This document shows, piece by piece, positions 12,901-27,900 of a stretch of 64,000 nt of DNA; position 1 is the stretch's first letter, and every line of letters starts with the position of its first letter. A program made the translations under genes and the position numbers. Origin of the DNA: Proteromonas lacertae (taxonomy: Eukaryota); NCBI GenBank assembly GCA_002245135.1, contig NGBS01000612.1, forward strand, positions 1-64,000, written 5' to 3'. Under the pieces are notes generated by a model. That model had not been told where the DNA came from. It did no database searches and saw nothing but the letters and a program-made list of their open reading frames with translations.

Positions 12901-15900
12901 AGACCTGTTGCTACAATTTGTATTTCTACTTCATTATCTTTTGGTTCTGTTCTTGGAATTGATTTCCAGTATAAATTATTGAGAATACCTTTTTGTGTTA
13001 TTGTCAAATATTCATTTTCTACATTATTTTGTAAGTTAACTGGTAATTTTTCTAATCTTGGAATATATCTATTATTATTACGAATTGCTACCATTGTTTC
13101 ATTATTTGAATTAATTATTTCTTCAATCATTATTATTATATCTTTATCATTATGATTTAATGATAAATCAATTACATGACATGGTATTTCTGGATGTTCA
13201 AGCACCAAACACTTTGCTATACCTGTAATTGGACTAACTGAAAGATTTGGAATATCAGTTGGTAAAACATTATAACCATTTTGTGTTATTATATAAATTG
13301 GAATATGAATATTACTTTGAATAAGTGTTTGTATATTTAATACAAATTCTTGTACTGATGTGAATGAATTCATTGGCTGTTTTACATCAAATTCGGTATT
13401 ACTGAATATATATATTAATGATGTTTCATCATTAATAGTATTATTATTAATTGATTCTATTATTTGATTGGATAGAATAATTGTTGATTTTTTATCAAGT
13501 GTTGACAATTGTGACTGTATTTGTTCTACTGTTTCATTATTGTCATTTGCTGATATTATTACATATGATGATGTACTGTTATTATTATCATTTGATGAAC
13601 TGTCTAATTGTTGTTGACTCCATTCAATATCAGCTGCATCTGGTAAATTCGTTGGAACAATTAATGAATGAATTAATGAGTTTGATACTGGTTTGAGGCA
13701 TAAGTTGTGTAATTCAATAATTACTTCACCTCTTTCATTGATAAGTTCACCATTACAATAGTAATTATTCTTTGATTCTTTACTTAAATGAACTACAGCA
13801 TACAATTGCGAGAAATTCATATAATTAAGATTTAATACTAATGATTCTATTGAGGAAGGTAATGCTAATTGTTTGGTATATGGTTCAATTACTAATGACA
13901 TTAATTCAATTATAGAATCAATATAAACTGGATATATAGTGTATTTACCTGCATTATTATCATTGGTTAATCTAATTTCACTAATAACGGTATTACTATC
14001 TTTATTACTTCTTAATATATCATTTAATAATTGGAAGTTTGATCCAAATTTAATTCCTGTTTCTGCCATTTTGGTGTAAAAATCTGTTGATGACATTACA
14101 CATTGTGAATCATTGATTACATTGTTAATATCTACTATTTGCGGTTGATTATCTACATTATCAATTTCTACATTTCCTTTTGATCTGAGATTCCATGAGT
14201 TGTTTGATGAGTATAATGAGATTGTAAATTCATTTCCATCATTTAATAATTCAAATATATGACTTTCATCTTTATCAAATACAACTGGTGTATAATAATT
14301 CAAATTAGTTATTGTTATTGATTTCTGGGGTGTTAATTGTGTATAAACTGTATCAAATACCATACTTACATCAAACACAAATGGCATTACAACTACATCA
14401 TATACTACATGATCTTTTAATAATGGTAAATTCTTTACATTCATAATTGTATTAAATACAGTTGTATTCTGAGGTATTAATGATGTGTTTAATTTTCCAG
14501 TAATTAATGGAGATTCATGTGGAATTAGGTTTGATTCTACTGTTTGTATTAATCCACCTTTACCTGATATATCTCTACCTTGTTTCATTCTTTCTGCCAT
14601 ATATTCTACTTTCTCAAATGCATAAGTTGGTAATAACACTTTCTTTCTATTAAATCCTTGTTCAATACTCTTCCATTTTAAAGTAACACCATTTTCGTAT
14701 AATACACAAATACTGTGTAATAAGTCTTTCCAATTATCTGATCCTCGTTTTATACTACTTACATTGAGTGATTTATTATCTGGAATAATTCTACTTGACA
14801 TTCCTAATAATACTGGATGTGGACCACATTCTAAGAATATATCAAACTTTAACGAATCTAATGTTTCAATTGATTGAGTGAATTGAACTGGATTTCGCAA
14901 ATGTTCGACCCAGTAATCAGCGTTACTCATCTCAGTCTTTACTATTTTACCACTTACATTACTAATTATTTGAATGTATGGTTCATTATATTCAATCTCA
15001 TTTGCTACTTTTCTAAATTCTTCTAAGATTGGATTCATCATTGAACTGTGGAAACCATGACTTACTTCTAATCGACTAAATCGAATATTATCTTTCTTCA
15101 ATTCATTCTCAAGTTTTTCAATCTCACTTATTAAACCACTTACTACATTCAGTTTTGGACCATTATAACATCCTATCTCTATACCATTATATTTATTTAT
15201 ATATTCTAACACTTTTTCACTTTCCATAAATACAGCTAACATTCCTCCTTTTCCATGTTCTAAACTACTCATCAATTTACCTCTGGCTGATATCAATTTC
15301 AATCCATCTTCTAAACTCATTATTCCACTTACTACTCCAGCTACATATTCACCTATACTATGACCTAATACACATGAAGCTTCGATTCCAAAACTTGACC
15401 ACATCTTATATAAACTATATTCCATACTGAATAAACAGGGTTGAGTGTATTTTGTATCATTCACTAATTCTTTATTTTCTTCATTATATAATACTTCTAA
15501 TAGATTTGGAGATAAATACGAGGATAATATTCTATTACATTCATCCATATTTTCTTTGAATATTGGTTGAGATTCATATAATTCTTTACCCATATTGAAA
15601 TATTGAGAACCTTGACCTGTAAACATTACTGCTACTGTTTGATGTGGCTCATTACCTAATTTCTTTGAACTACTTTGAATGGCTTTTAGTTGAGACAATG
15701 CATCTTCTTTTGATTCTACTGTACAACATATTCTATATTTGAAGTGTTGTCTACCAATACAACTTGTGTAACAGATATCTTCTATTCTATCATTTGTATT
15801 TTCAATGTAAGTAATATATCTATCAATCAATGCATGTAAACCAGATTCACTCTTTGAGGATATACACAAATCATTACATTTACGAGGTATTTCATCTTCT

Positions 15901-18900
15901 TTTACTTCTGGAGCTACATAATTTTCAACTACCATATGAACATTACTTCCACCAAAACCAAAGGAACTTACACCAGCTATTAAATGACCACTTTCATCTT
16001 CCCATTTCATCTTTTCTAATGGAATCACAGCAGGTATTGTATCTATATTTATCATTGGATTTAGTTTATGGAAATGACATTGAGGAGGTATTGTTTTATT
16101 CTTCATCATCATTATTACTTTCGTTAAACCACTTATACCAGCACTTCCTTCTAAATGACCTATACTGGCTTTTACTGAACCTAATACTAATGGATGATCT
16201 TTACTTCGACCATTTCCTAATACACTTCCTGCTGCTTGAACTTCGATTGGATCTCCTAAGGATGTACCTGTTCCATGAGCTTCTAAATAACTTACTTCAC
16301 TTGGTTTTACATTTCCCATCTTTAAGGCATCACGAATTACCATTTGTTGAGATGGACCATTTGGAGCTGTCAAACTGTTGCTTCTACCATCTTGATTAGT
16401 TGCACTTCCACGAATTATTGCTTGAATATTATCTCCATCTTTTATAGCATCACTTAATCTCTTTAATACTACTACTGAACTACCTTCACCTCGACAGAAT
16501 CCATCAGCTGCTTCATCGAATGTTGCACATCTTCCATTTGGACTTAACATCTTTGCTTTACTGAAATTAACATAAAGATCTGGAGCTAATAACAAATGAG
16601 CACCTCCAGCAACAGCAGCTGTACATTCTCCATTTCTAATGGCTTGACAAGCTAAATGAACAGCAAGCAAAGCAGATGAGCAAGCAGTATCAACAGTAAA
16701 TGCTGGACCTTTAAAACCATATGTATATGAAATACGACCTGCAGCTACACTATCAGCAACACCAGTTCCTGTATAACCAATAATACCTGTTAAATCATTT
16801 GTTTTACTTCCAAGTAATGAATAATCACCAGCACAAATACCTAAGAATGTTCCAATCTTTGCACCTAACCAACTATCTGGTGGAATACCTGCTGTTTCTA
16901 AAGCTTCCCAAGTTACTTCTAATAACATTCTCTGTTGAGGATCCATATGTTCAGCTTCTTTAGGAGAAATACCAAAGAACTTTGCATCAAATTCTTCTAC
17001 ATTAACATTCTTCAAGAAACCGCCACGTTTAGTAAATGCTTTACCAGGTTCATCTTTATCTGCACTGTATATAAGACTATGATCCCATCTATCAGCTGGA
17101 ACATCACTTGTTAAATCTTTACCTGTACTTAATAAATCCCAGAATTCATCAGGAGTATTACCACCACCAGGCATTCTACAACTCATACCTACAATTGCTA
17201 TTGGCTCATTATGACTTAATGCAACTTCAGCTTCTTCTTCTTTATCACCTTCTTCATTGAGTTGGAAGATATCATTCATTATATACTCTGATAATGCATC
17301 TATTGTTGGATAATCGAATAATAAAGATCCTGATAATTCTTGCCCAATCATTTCTGATATATAATTTCTTAATTCAACTGACATTAATGAATCTAAACCA
17401 AGTTCACTCAATGGACGATGTGTATCAATAAAACTCATATCATCTATACCCATAACACTTACTACAGCTTGTTTCAATGAATCACTGATTATAGCTTGAC
17501 GTTTTTCAACTGGTACTTGTTTCACTTTCTTATATAATGCACTATCATTAGCTACTGATGCTTTATTGGATGATTTCTTTGTTGATTTTTGTAAATGCGC
17601 AAATGATTCATATAATGGCGTTATTTTAATACCTGGTCTATTTAGATATTTAGACCATTCTAATGGACATACGATTATTTGTGATAAACCACTTTCTATT
17701 GATTCGCTAAGCAATTGATTAGCATATGTTGGATCTATTAAATTCAATCCCATAGATTCGAATGGTTCTTTTGCTAGATTTGCTGCCATACCAACTGATG
17801 ACCATGGTCCCCAGTTTATTACATTACTACATAGATTATTTGTATGACGATAGTAAGATAAACTATCTAAAAACGCATTACCACAAGCATAATTACTTTG
17901 ACCCACATTTCCAATCACCGATGTTGCACTACTGAATAATACAAACATGTTCAATTTATTATGATTTAAACTTTCTTTATGTAAATTCCAACTTCCTATT
18001 ATCTTAGGATTCATTACATTCTCAAATTCTTCAAATTTCAAATCTTTTATTAATCCATCATTGATTATTCCAGCACAATGAATTATTCCAAATATTTCAT
18101 GATTAGAACTTAACTCTTTAAATACTTTATGAACATCTTCTTCATTTCCTATATCACATTTACCACGAATTATTTCTACTCCTTTTTCTTCCATTTCTTT
18201 TACACTACTTTCAATACGATTATTACTTCCATGTCTTCCAATTAAACAAATATGTTTTCCACCATTCTTTATTAACCATTTCGCAGTTAATAAACCTAAA
18301 CCACCATATCCACCTGTTATTACATATAATCCTTCTGGTGATATTTTCAATGGATTATTTCCACGTTTTGCTTTCTGTATTCTATCAACATATCTATTAC
18401 TATCATTACCTCTATACACTACTTCTCTTTCATCACTTCCACTTTCAATTTCTTTTCGAATTGTATCTATTGATACATTTTCATCAACATCTATTATTGT
18501 ACAATTTACATTTGGTATTTCTAAAGCAATTACTCTTGCAAAACCCAATAATGATGAATGATTTAAGTTTATAATATTTGTTTCATCTTTAGCATAATTA
18601 GCATTCTTTGTTACGATGTACAATCTAGCTTTAATACTGTATTTAATTAACGTTTGTGATAATAAATGTAATGCTTTGACTTGATTCATTAATACATTAT
18701 ATTCATATTCATTAGTATTATCTAATAATGGCCACATGTATAATATTGTTGTAATATCTTTGCTATTTTCAAATACCTTTTGATAATCTTCAATTTCATT
18801 ATATCTAATTGTATATTCATTATTATTATCAGATGATTGATAATTATCTCCTCTCTTTACTGTTATTATTTCTGATACATTCTTTAATTCATTACCTAAT

Positions 18901-21900
18901 TTTTCATCAGTGAATAACAAACACTTTGTAATTGGTTGTGATTGTTGTTGATTATCTAATTCTTTCTTTATAAATTGATTCATATAGTAATAATCATTAA
19001 GATTCTCCTTCAATGACATTGATAATATTTCTTTACTAGCTTTCTTCAACATAAATCCTTGAGCTTCTGCTATTATTGCTCCATTTCCATCTATTAATTT
19101 CAATTCACCATTCAATGTATCTTTTGACAAATCAGAACCTTCTGCTATCTTTGAATAACAATATAATTGAACAAATGGTGGTATTTTTTCATATAATAAA
19201 AATCTCTTCATTCCAACTGGTAAATATGTAACACTATCTTTTGATACAAACTTTGACATTATTGATACAATAATCTGAATACAACAATCGAAATAAACAG
19301 GATACATCAAATATGGATCTGTTGTTGACTTTGGCTCCATCTTTAATTTACATAATGCTTCATTATCATTCTTATAAATTGTTTCTACTAATTGGAATAA
19401 TGGTCCTAATGAATAACTATTCTTCCACATATAATCATAGAATTGTTTCAATGTTACTACATCAGTTAATCTCTTCATTATATTTTCTGGTGTATCGCAT
19501 ACTCCTGCGACAAAGTTACTTGTATTATTTAACACTTTACCCATTGCATTAATCATCCATGAGTTCTCTTTATTAATATCACCACTCTTATAACTGTATA
19601 ATTTCCAATCCATTCTATTATCATCAACTGGTGATAAGTGTAATTGTATTGGTTTGGATGGTATTTCTTCTGTTAATACTAAAGCTGCTGGTATTTGAAC
19701 ATCTTCTAAAACACGAGGGAAGTTATGATACAAATCATAAGATGCTTCTAATATTGTACTTATATCAAATACAGCTGGAACAATACATAAATCATTAATA
19801 ACATGATCTAATAACACTGGTAATGCTTTTGTACTGAAATTGGAATTAAATATAACATCTTGTGCAAATGGAGATTTGATTCTTTGACCACACAATATAT
19901 TTGTTTGTGATAATGTCATTGCACTTGAACTATTTCCACTACCACTAGCACCAAGTGTAATTTGTCTAGCTACATTACTCTGACCATTTTCTAATGCACC
20001 AATCCAATAATGTCTTCTTTGATATGGATATGTTGGTAATATAACTTTATGACATTCAAAACCTTCATCAATTCCATTGAAGTTTACAGAATAACCGATT
20101 GTGTATAACTGTGATAATGAGTTGAATAAATTCTTCCAATTACTACCTGTTTTATCTATTGACTTTATCCATGTCTTATTCTCAATAATTCTACCTGCCA
20201 TTCCTAATAATACTGGATGTGGACCACATTCTAAATAATACTGATATTTCTTTCCTACAAATTCCATCGATTGTGTGAATTGAACTGGATTTCGCAAGTG
20301 TTCTACCCAGTAATCAGCATTTCCCATTGTATCTCTATCTGCTAATGAACCTCTTAAGTTTGATAATATTGGTACTTGTGGAGGATTGTATTTTATTTCA
20401 TTGGCTACTTTTCGAAATTCTTCTAAGATTGGATTCATCATTGAACTGTGGAAACCATGACTTACTTCTAATCGACTAAATCGAATATTATCTTTCTTCA
20501 ATTCATTCTCAAGTTTTTCAATCTCACTTATTAAACCACTTACTACATTCAGTTTGGGACCATTATAACATCCTATCTCTATACCATTATATTTATTTAT
20601 ATATTCTAACACTTTTTCACTTTCTAAAAATACAGCTAACATTCCTCCTTTTCCATGTTCTAAACTACTCATCAATTTACCTCGAGCACTTATCAACTTC
20701 AATCCATCTTCTAAACTCATTATTCCACTTACTACTCCAGCTACATATTCACCTATACTATGACCTAATACACATGATGCTTCGATTCCAAAACTTGACC
20801 ACATCTTGTATAAACTATATTCCATACTGAATAAACAGGGTTGAGTGTATTTTGTATCATTCACCAATTCTTTATTTTCTTCATTATATAATACTTCTAA
20901 TAGATTTGGAGATAAATACGAGGATAATATTCTATTACATTCATCCATATTTTCTTTGAATATTGGTTGAGATTCATATAATTCTTTACCCATATTGAAA
21001 TATTGAGATCCTTGACCTGTAAACATTACTACCAATTCTGGTTGTTTTGTAGATTTCACTTCATTGTATATAATATTTGGAGATTTCTTACCTTGTAAGA
21101 AATCATTCAACTGATCTTGTAATTGTTTAACATTTTGTGTAGTTATTGCTAATCTGTGATTGTAACTAGTTCTACCTGTATTTGCTGTATGACAAACATC
21201 TTTAATATTGACATTACTATTATCTTGTAAGTATTGTATATATTTATGAACCAATTCAATTAGAGCTTCATTTGATTTTGCACTTAATGTGAATATATTA
21301 TCATTTCTCTTACTTAGTGATTGTGAATTCTGTATAACTGGTGCTTCTTCAACTATAACATGAACATTTGTACCACTAAAACCAAATGAACTTACAGCAC
21401 CAATATGTGAATGACCTTGTGAAGTTCTCCAATCAATTGTTTCTTTTGGAACTATTAAATGATTTGCTGATAATGAAATATGTGGATTTTCTTTGACTAA
21501 ATTCAAATGAGCTGGAATCTTTTGATGTGACAAAGACAATATCAATTTGATTAAACCACTTATGCCAGCTGCACCTTCCAAATGTCCAATATTTGTCTTT
21601 ACTGAACCTAAATATAATCCATCTTGTGGATTTCTTCCTTCTTTCATTACACTACATAATGCTTCTACTTCTATTGGATCTCCTAAAGATGTGCCTGTTC
21701 CATGAGCTTCAATATAACTTATATCACTAGCTTTTACATTTGCATCTCTTAAAGCACTTCGAATTACTTTCTGTTGGGATGGACCATTTGGAGCTGTTAA
21801 ACCACTACTTCGACCATCTTGATTTACCGCACTTCCACGAATTATTCCCAATATATTATCATTATCTTTCATTGCATCACTTAATCTCTTTAATACAATT

Positions 21901-24900
21901 ATACCACATCCTTCACCTCTTACATAACCATTAGCAGAAGCATCAAATGTTTTACACTTACCATCAGGAGATAACATATGTGCTTTTGAGAAATTGATTG
22001 ATAAATCTGGAGTTAATAAAAGATTAACACCACCAGCTATTGCCATATTTGTTTCTTTTAATCTCAAGCTCTGACAAGCTAAATGTGTTGCTACTAATGA
22101 AGATGAACATGCTGTATCAATTGAAACTGCTGGACCTTGTAATCCAAATACATAAGATATTCTACCACTTGCTACACTGTTTGCATTTCCTGTACCAAAG
22201 TATTGATCACATAATGTTGGATCTCCAGTCTTAGTTTGTAATAATTGATAATCATTTGAACATATACCTATATAAACACCTGTCTTTGATCCATTAAGAG
22301 ATTCATTTGCATAACCTGCTCTTTCTAATGCTTCCCATGTGACTTCTAATAATAATCTTTGTTGAGGATCCATTCTTTCTGCTTCTTTACCAGCAATATT
22401 GAAGAAGTTAGCATCGAATAAAGCTGGATCTTCTTTTAAGAAACCACCGAATTTACAACACATCTTACCTGGTGCATCTGCATTTGAATCATAATATTCA
22501 TCAATATCCCATCTATTACTTGGCACTTTGGATATACAATCAGTTCCTTTTTCTAATAATTTCCAGAATTCTTCAGGAGTTGAACCTCCATTAGGGAATC
22601 TGCATGATAAACCAACTATTGCTATTGATTCTTTTTCTATTGGAATATCTGATAGTCTTGGTATTGGAATACTACTACTTCTAACATCTGTAAATTGTTC
22701 ACTTTCCATTGTAATTGGGGTTGTTGTTGTTGTAGTTGTACTTGTTGCAGCTTTAGAATCTTGTAATTCTAATACATCATTTAATAAATAATCAGTTACT
22801 GCATTTATATTTGGATAATCAAATAATAATGTGGCAGGTAAACTCTTTCCTACTGATTGTGATATACTATTTCTCAATTCAACTGCCATCAATGAATCTA
22901 AACCCATATCTGTTAATGGACTTGTTGGATCAACTTCATAATTTGAATCTAATGCTAGAATACGTTTTACTTCACTACTAACATAATCTAATATCATATT
23001 TCTTCTTGCTGATTTTGGAGCAGCTTCTAATGATGATATAAATTTATTATCTGAACCTGTTGAAGATGTTGCACCTGAACTTGCTACTTTAACTTTTGTA
23101 ATTGTAAATTCTTTCTGCAAGTTAGACATAATTGAAGAATCCATTGGACCAAATAGTTTCAATGCTGCTTCTGGTATTAATGTAACTTGAGTATAATTTT
23201 GTGTAATTGCTAATTCCATTAAGTTAATACCAACATCACTCTTTATCTGTGTTTCTGGAGGCATCATATTTCCACTACCAGCTTCATTCAATTTAAATGC
23301 CATACCAACATCAGCCCAAGGTCCCCAATTGATTGTTAAGCACGGTAAACCTAATGATTTTCTGTAATATGTCATTGCATCTAAATAACCATTTGCTGCA
23401 GCATAATTCAATTGACCTGAGTTTCCTATTACTGCTGTTGCTGATGAGAATAAAACGAAATAATCTAAATTAATATCTTTTGTTATTTCATGTAAATTAT
23501 AAGTTCCAATAATCTTTGGTAATTGCACAAATTCAAAATCACTCCATGTTAACTTGGATATTAAACTATCTTTAACTATACCTGCACAATGGAAAACACC
23601 TTTCAATGGTAATTTCAATTCAGAAACCACTTTTTTCAACGAATCTAAATTAGATATATCACATTTTGGAGCAATTACTTCAACATTCTTACTGTTTAAT
23701 TCATCAACAAATTCTTTATTCTTATCTGTTACACCTGTTCTTGATAAAATAACTAAACACTTTGCACCTTTTCCAACTAACCATTTTGCTACTAATTGAC
23801 CTATTCCACCAAATCCTCCTGTTATTAAATAACAACCATCTTCTTTAATACTTATCTCATGTGGTGGATGTGGATGAGTTATAACAATCTTACCAATATG
23901 TTTAGCATTCTGCATATATCTAAATGCATCTACTACTTTGGTGTGCTTAAATACTGTTATTGGTAATGGATGTATTGTATTATTACTTAACATTTCTAAT
24001 AATTCATTCATTAATTTGTTAATTAATGGTGGATTCTCACTCCATATTTCTACTAAATCGAAGAAATCATAATATAATGTTGGTTTATAATTCTTAACAT
24101 CTTCTTTACTCCATCTACCTGCTTTACCTATTTCTATAAATCTACCATCAGAAGAAGTACAATCTAATGTTTTTGGTATAAAATCACCATTTAATGAGTT
24201 TAATACAACATCTACACCTTTACCATTTGTTATTTTCATTATTTCTTGACTGAATTCAGTGTTTCTTGAGTTAAATACACGATTTACACCTAATGATAAT
24301 AAGTAATTACGTTTCATATCACTTCCTGCAGTACCAAATATTGTACAACCAATTGACTTAGCGATTTGTACAGCTGCTAAACCTACACCACCAGCTGCAG
24401 CATGAATTAATATTGTATCTTCTTTCTTTAATTTTGCTAAGAATACTAAGCCATAATATGCTGTTAAGAATGTTGCTGGAATAGTTGTAGCTTGTTCATA
24501 AGACATTTCCTTTGGCAATTTCACTATATATTTCGCTTTAGCTATAGCATATGTTCTGAAACAACCTGGAGCTACACCAAATACAGAATCACCAATACTA
24601 AATCCTTGTACATTCTTACCAATTGATGTAATAACACCAGCACATTCACCTCCAAATGGCATATCACCACCACCTGGATATTGACCCATTGCATTTAATA
24701 CATCTCTGAAATTCAAACCAGTTGTAAATACTCTTATTTCTACTTCATCATCTTCTGGATATACTCTTGTTAATGATCCATATTTGAGATTATCTAATTG
24801 ACCTCTACCTGTTGTTGTTAAGATGATTGGATTATCTTTTACTTCATCTGTTGAGATAATTTCTGCTCTTCCCAATTTACCAATATATCGTTTAAATGAT

Positions 24901-27900
24901 CTATAACATATCAATTCTTCTGCATTATCTGCAAATATTTCATTCATTGGTAATTGTAATGATGAATCTACATCATTTTCTGTATCGATACATGTAATAT
25001 GTAATTTTGGAGATTCCCTTTGAATTACTCTAGCCATTGACCATAATGGTGTACTATTCACTGAATGAACAGGTGAACAATTGACACTGATTGCTTCTTG
25101 TGTTATTATATAGAATCTTGGTGTTAAATGATTATTAATTATATATTGTATAATATAGAATAAACTTTGAATTCCTTTAGCATATACTGGATTAGGTGAA
25201 TTCTTTGATAATGAGTTATCTAAACACCATGCAAATACTACTACTTTAGCTTTTGATATTTCATTAGATAATGGTGTTAAATCAATATTTTGTTCATCTA
25301 TACTGTATTCACTGTCAGATTTCTTTGCAAATGAATTGGATGGAATTATTAATGTTGATTGAATATTATTACTATGTAAATATGTATAAATTGGATTTTG
25401 TTCTAAACCGAATATTACATAATTAGCATCAGATGGTGGTAAGTTTGTACCAACTAATGGAGATTCTTGCCAATCTAATTCATATACCATCTTTTGTTCA
25501 GCACTTACAGATTTCAATGATTTTAATATAGCATCAGCACCAGCTTTCTTCAATCTCAAATTAACAATTCTTAATACAATATCACCTTCAGCATCAAATA
25601 GTATAATATCAGCACCTAATGCATCTGTAATACCACTGTTTTCACGTTGTTTAGCATGACAATATAATTGAACCTTTGGTTTTGGACTTCTGTAGAAGAA
25701 GAATTTTTCAATACCTAATGGAATATAAGTTGTTCCACCATATTCATCAAATGCAGTAGATGATAATAATTGGAAGCATGAATCAATCAAACCAGGGAAT
25801 ATGACAAAACCATTTCTTTCTTTATCACTTGTTGGGAATCTCATTTCAGCTATAGCTTCTCTATGTCCTTTCCATATATTGCCAACCCATCTAAACATAG
25901 GACCTAAATGATATTCTCTCTTCCATAACACATCATATAAATGTTCAGATGTCATTCTATCAGGACATTGTTTTTGAATTGATGGTAAATAATCTAATGA
26001 CAAATGATCTGGTGGATAATTACTAACATTTGATATAAATGCACCACTTGTATGTAATATCCAATTAGAATCATCACTTGGATCTTCTGAATGTAATGTA
26101 AAATCTGCTTCATTTCCTGTATTTGATATTAATAATTGTACTATTCTACCAACTTCTGCATTTTCTAATACCAATGGTTGTGGGAATACAATATCTTTCA
26201 GACAATGTGGACCATCTCCATGTATATTTGTTATTGCTGATAATGTTTGAGATATATACACAACACCTGGAACTACTACTACATGATGTAAAACATGATC
26301 TGCGATTAATGGCAAGTTTGTACTACTGTATTGTGTTTCGAATACAACATTGGATAATGGAGTTTTAATTCTTCTACCTAATATTGGTGTTATATATGTC
26401 ATTATTTGGTTATTATTATTATTATTATTACTTTCAGTATTTAATGTATTATCACCACTAATATCTGGTAATGTAATCCAATACTTCAAATTCTCAAATG
26501 GATAAGTTGGACATGTAATCTTATGACCTTCATTGACGAATAATGAATCATCATTTAATAAACCAACTGTATATAATTTAGCTTTATTACTTTGAATACT
26601 ATCAATATCATCTTTACCTCTTGATAATGATGAAATCCATATCATATCTCTACCTTCTGGTAAACATCTTGCAGCCATACCTGTTAATACTGGATGAGGA
26701 CCTACTTCTAATACAATATCAATATCTGTTTCACATAATTCTAATATAGATGAATGGAATCTTACTGGATTTCTTAAATGCTCTGACCAATATTTTGCTG
26801 TGGATATTCCTGTTGATTTATCTACTAATTTACCTGTTAAATTGGATATTACTTGAATGGAGGATGGTTCATTGAATCTACTCATTGAAGCAACCATTTC
26901 AAATGTCATTAATATAGGATCCATCATATTTGAATGGAATGCATGACTTACTTCTAATCTTTGACTTCTTATCTTATTTTGTTGTAATTCATTGGATATA
27001 TTATTCAAATCGGATATTGGACCTGATAATACTATTAATAATGGACCATTATAAGCACCAATGCTTAATGTTGGATATTTACTCAAATATGTTTCAACTA
27101 TTGCTTCACTTGTAAATACAGCTAACATTCCACCTTTATTCTTCTCTAAACTTCCCATCAATTTACCTCTTGTTGCTATTAATTTCAAACCATCTTCTAA
27201 TGAAAATACTCCACTTACTACTGCTGCTACATATTCACCTATACTATGACCTAATACAAGTGATGGTTTAATACCCAAACTCTCCCACATTTTGTATAAA
27301 CTATATTCAATACTGAATAAACAGGGTTGAGTGTATTGAGTTTCATTGATTTCTTCACCATATTTATTACTATACATTATATCTAATAATGGTTTATCTA
27401 ATAGTGTTGATAATATTGAAGCACATTTATCTAATGCTACTTTAAATGCTTCATTTGATTCATATAATGTTTTACCCATATTCAAATACTGTGAACCTTG
27501 GCCTGTAAACATCATTGCGATCTTCTTCTTATTTACAAAACCATATGATAATTGAGCTGATTTCTTACCACTTGCGAACTTCTTTAATTCATTGATTACT
27601 TCTTTACGATTTATAGCTGGAACAATAATTCTGTGATTGTATAACGTTCTACATCTTAACATATTATAGCAAATATCAGACATTTTAACTGATGGATTCT
27701 TCTCCATGAATTCAGCTACATTGTTACAATAATTCATTAATGCTGCTTTTGATCTTGCAGATATTGTTAAGTAATATTTATCTGGAACATTCACTGGCTT
27801 ATCTATAATACTCTCATCTTCAGCATCTTCTAATACAATATGAGCATTTGTTCCACTAAAACCAAATGAACTTACACCTGCATATCTTCTTTGATGTCCA

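Larger units (their letters stand above)
11025..17208 (-). other. PKS module 9: KS-AT-DH-ER-KR-ACP
   Basis: DTACSSA, GHSIG / VSHGFHS, DH HVVYDVVVMP / YIDSIIE, ER LIHAAGGGVG, KR SGGSGGIG / HLAGVLDD / NQCNYAAAN, ACP GLDSLM. Confidence 0.92.
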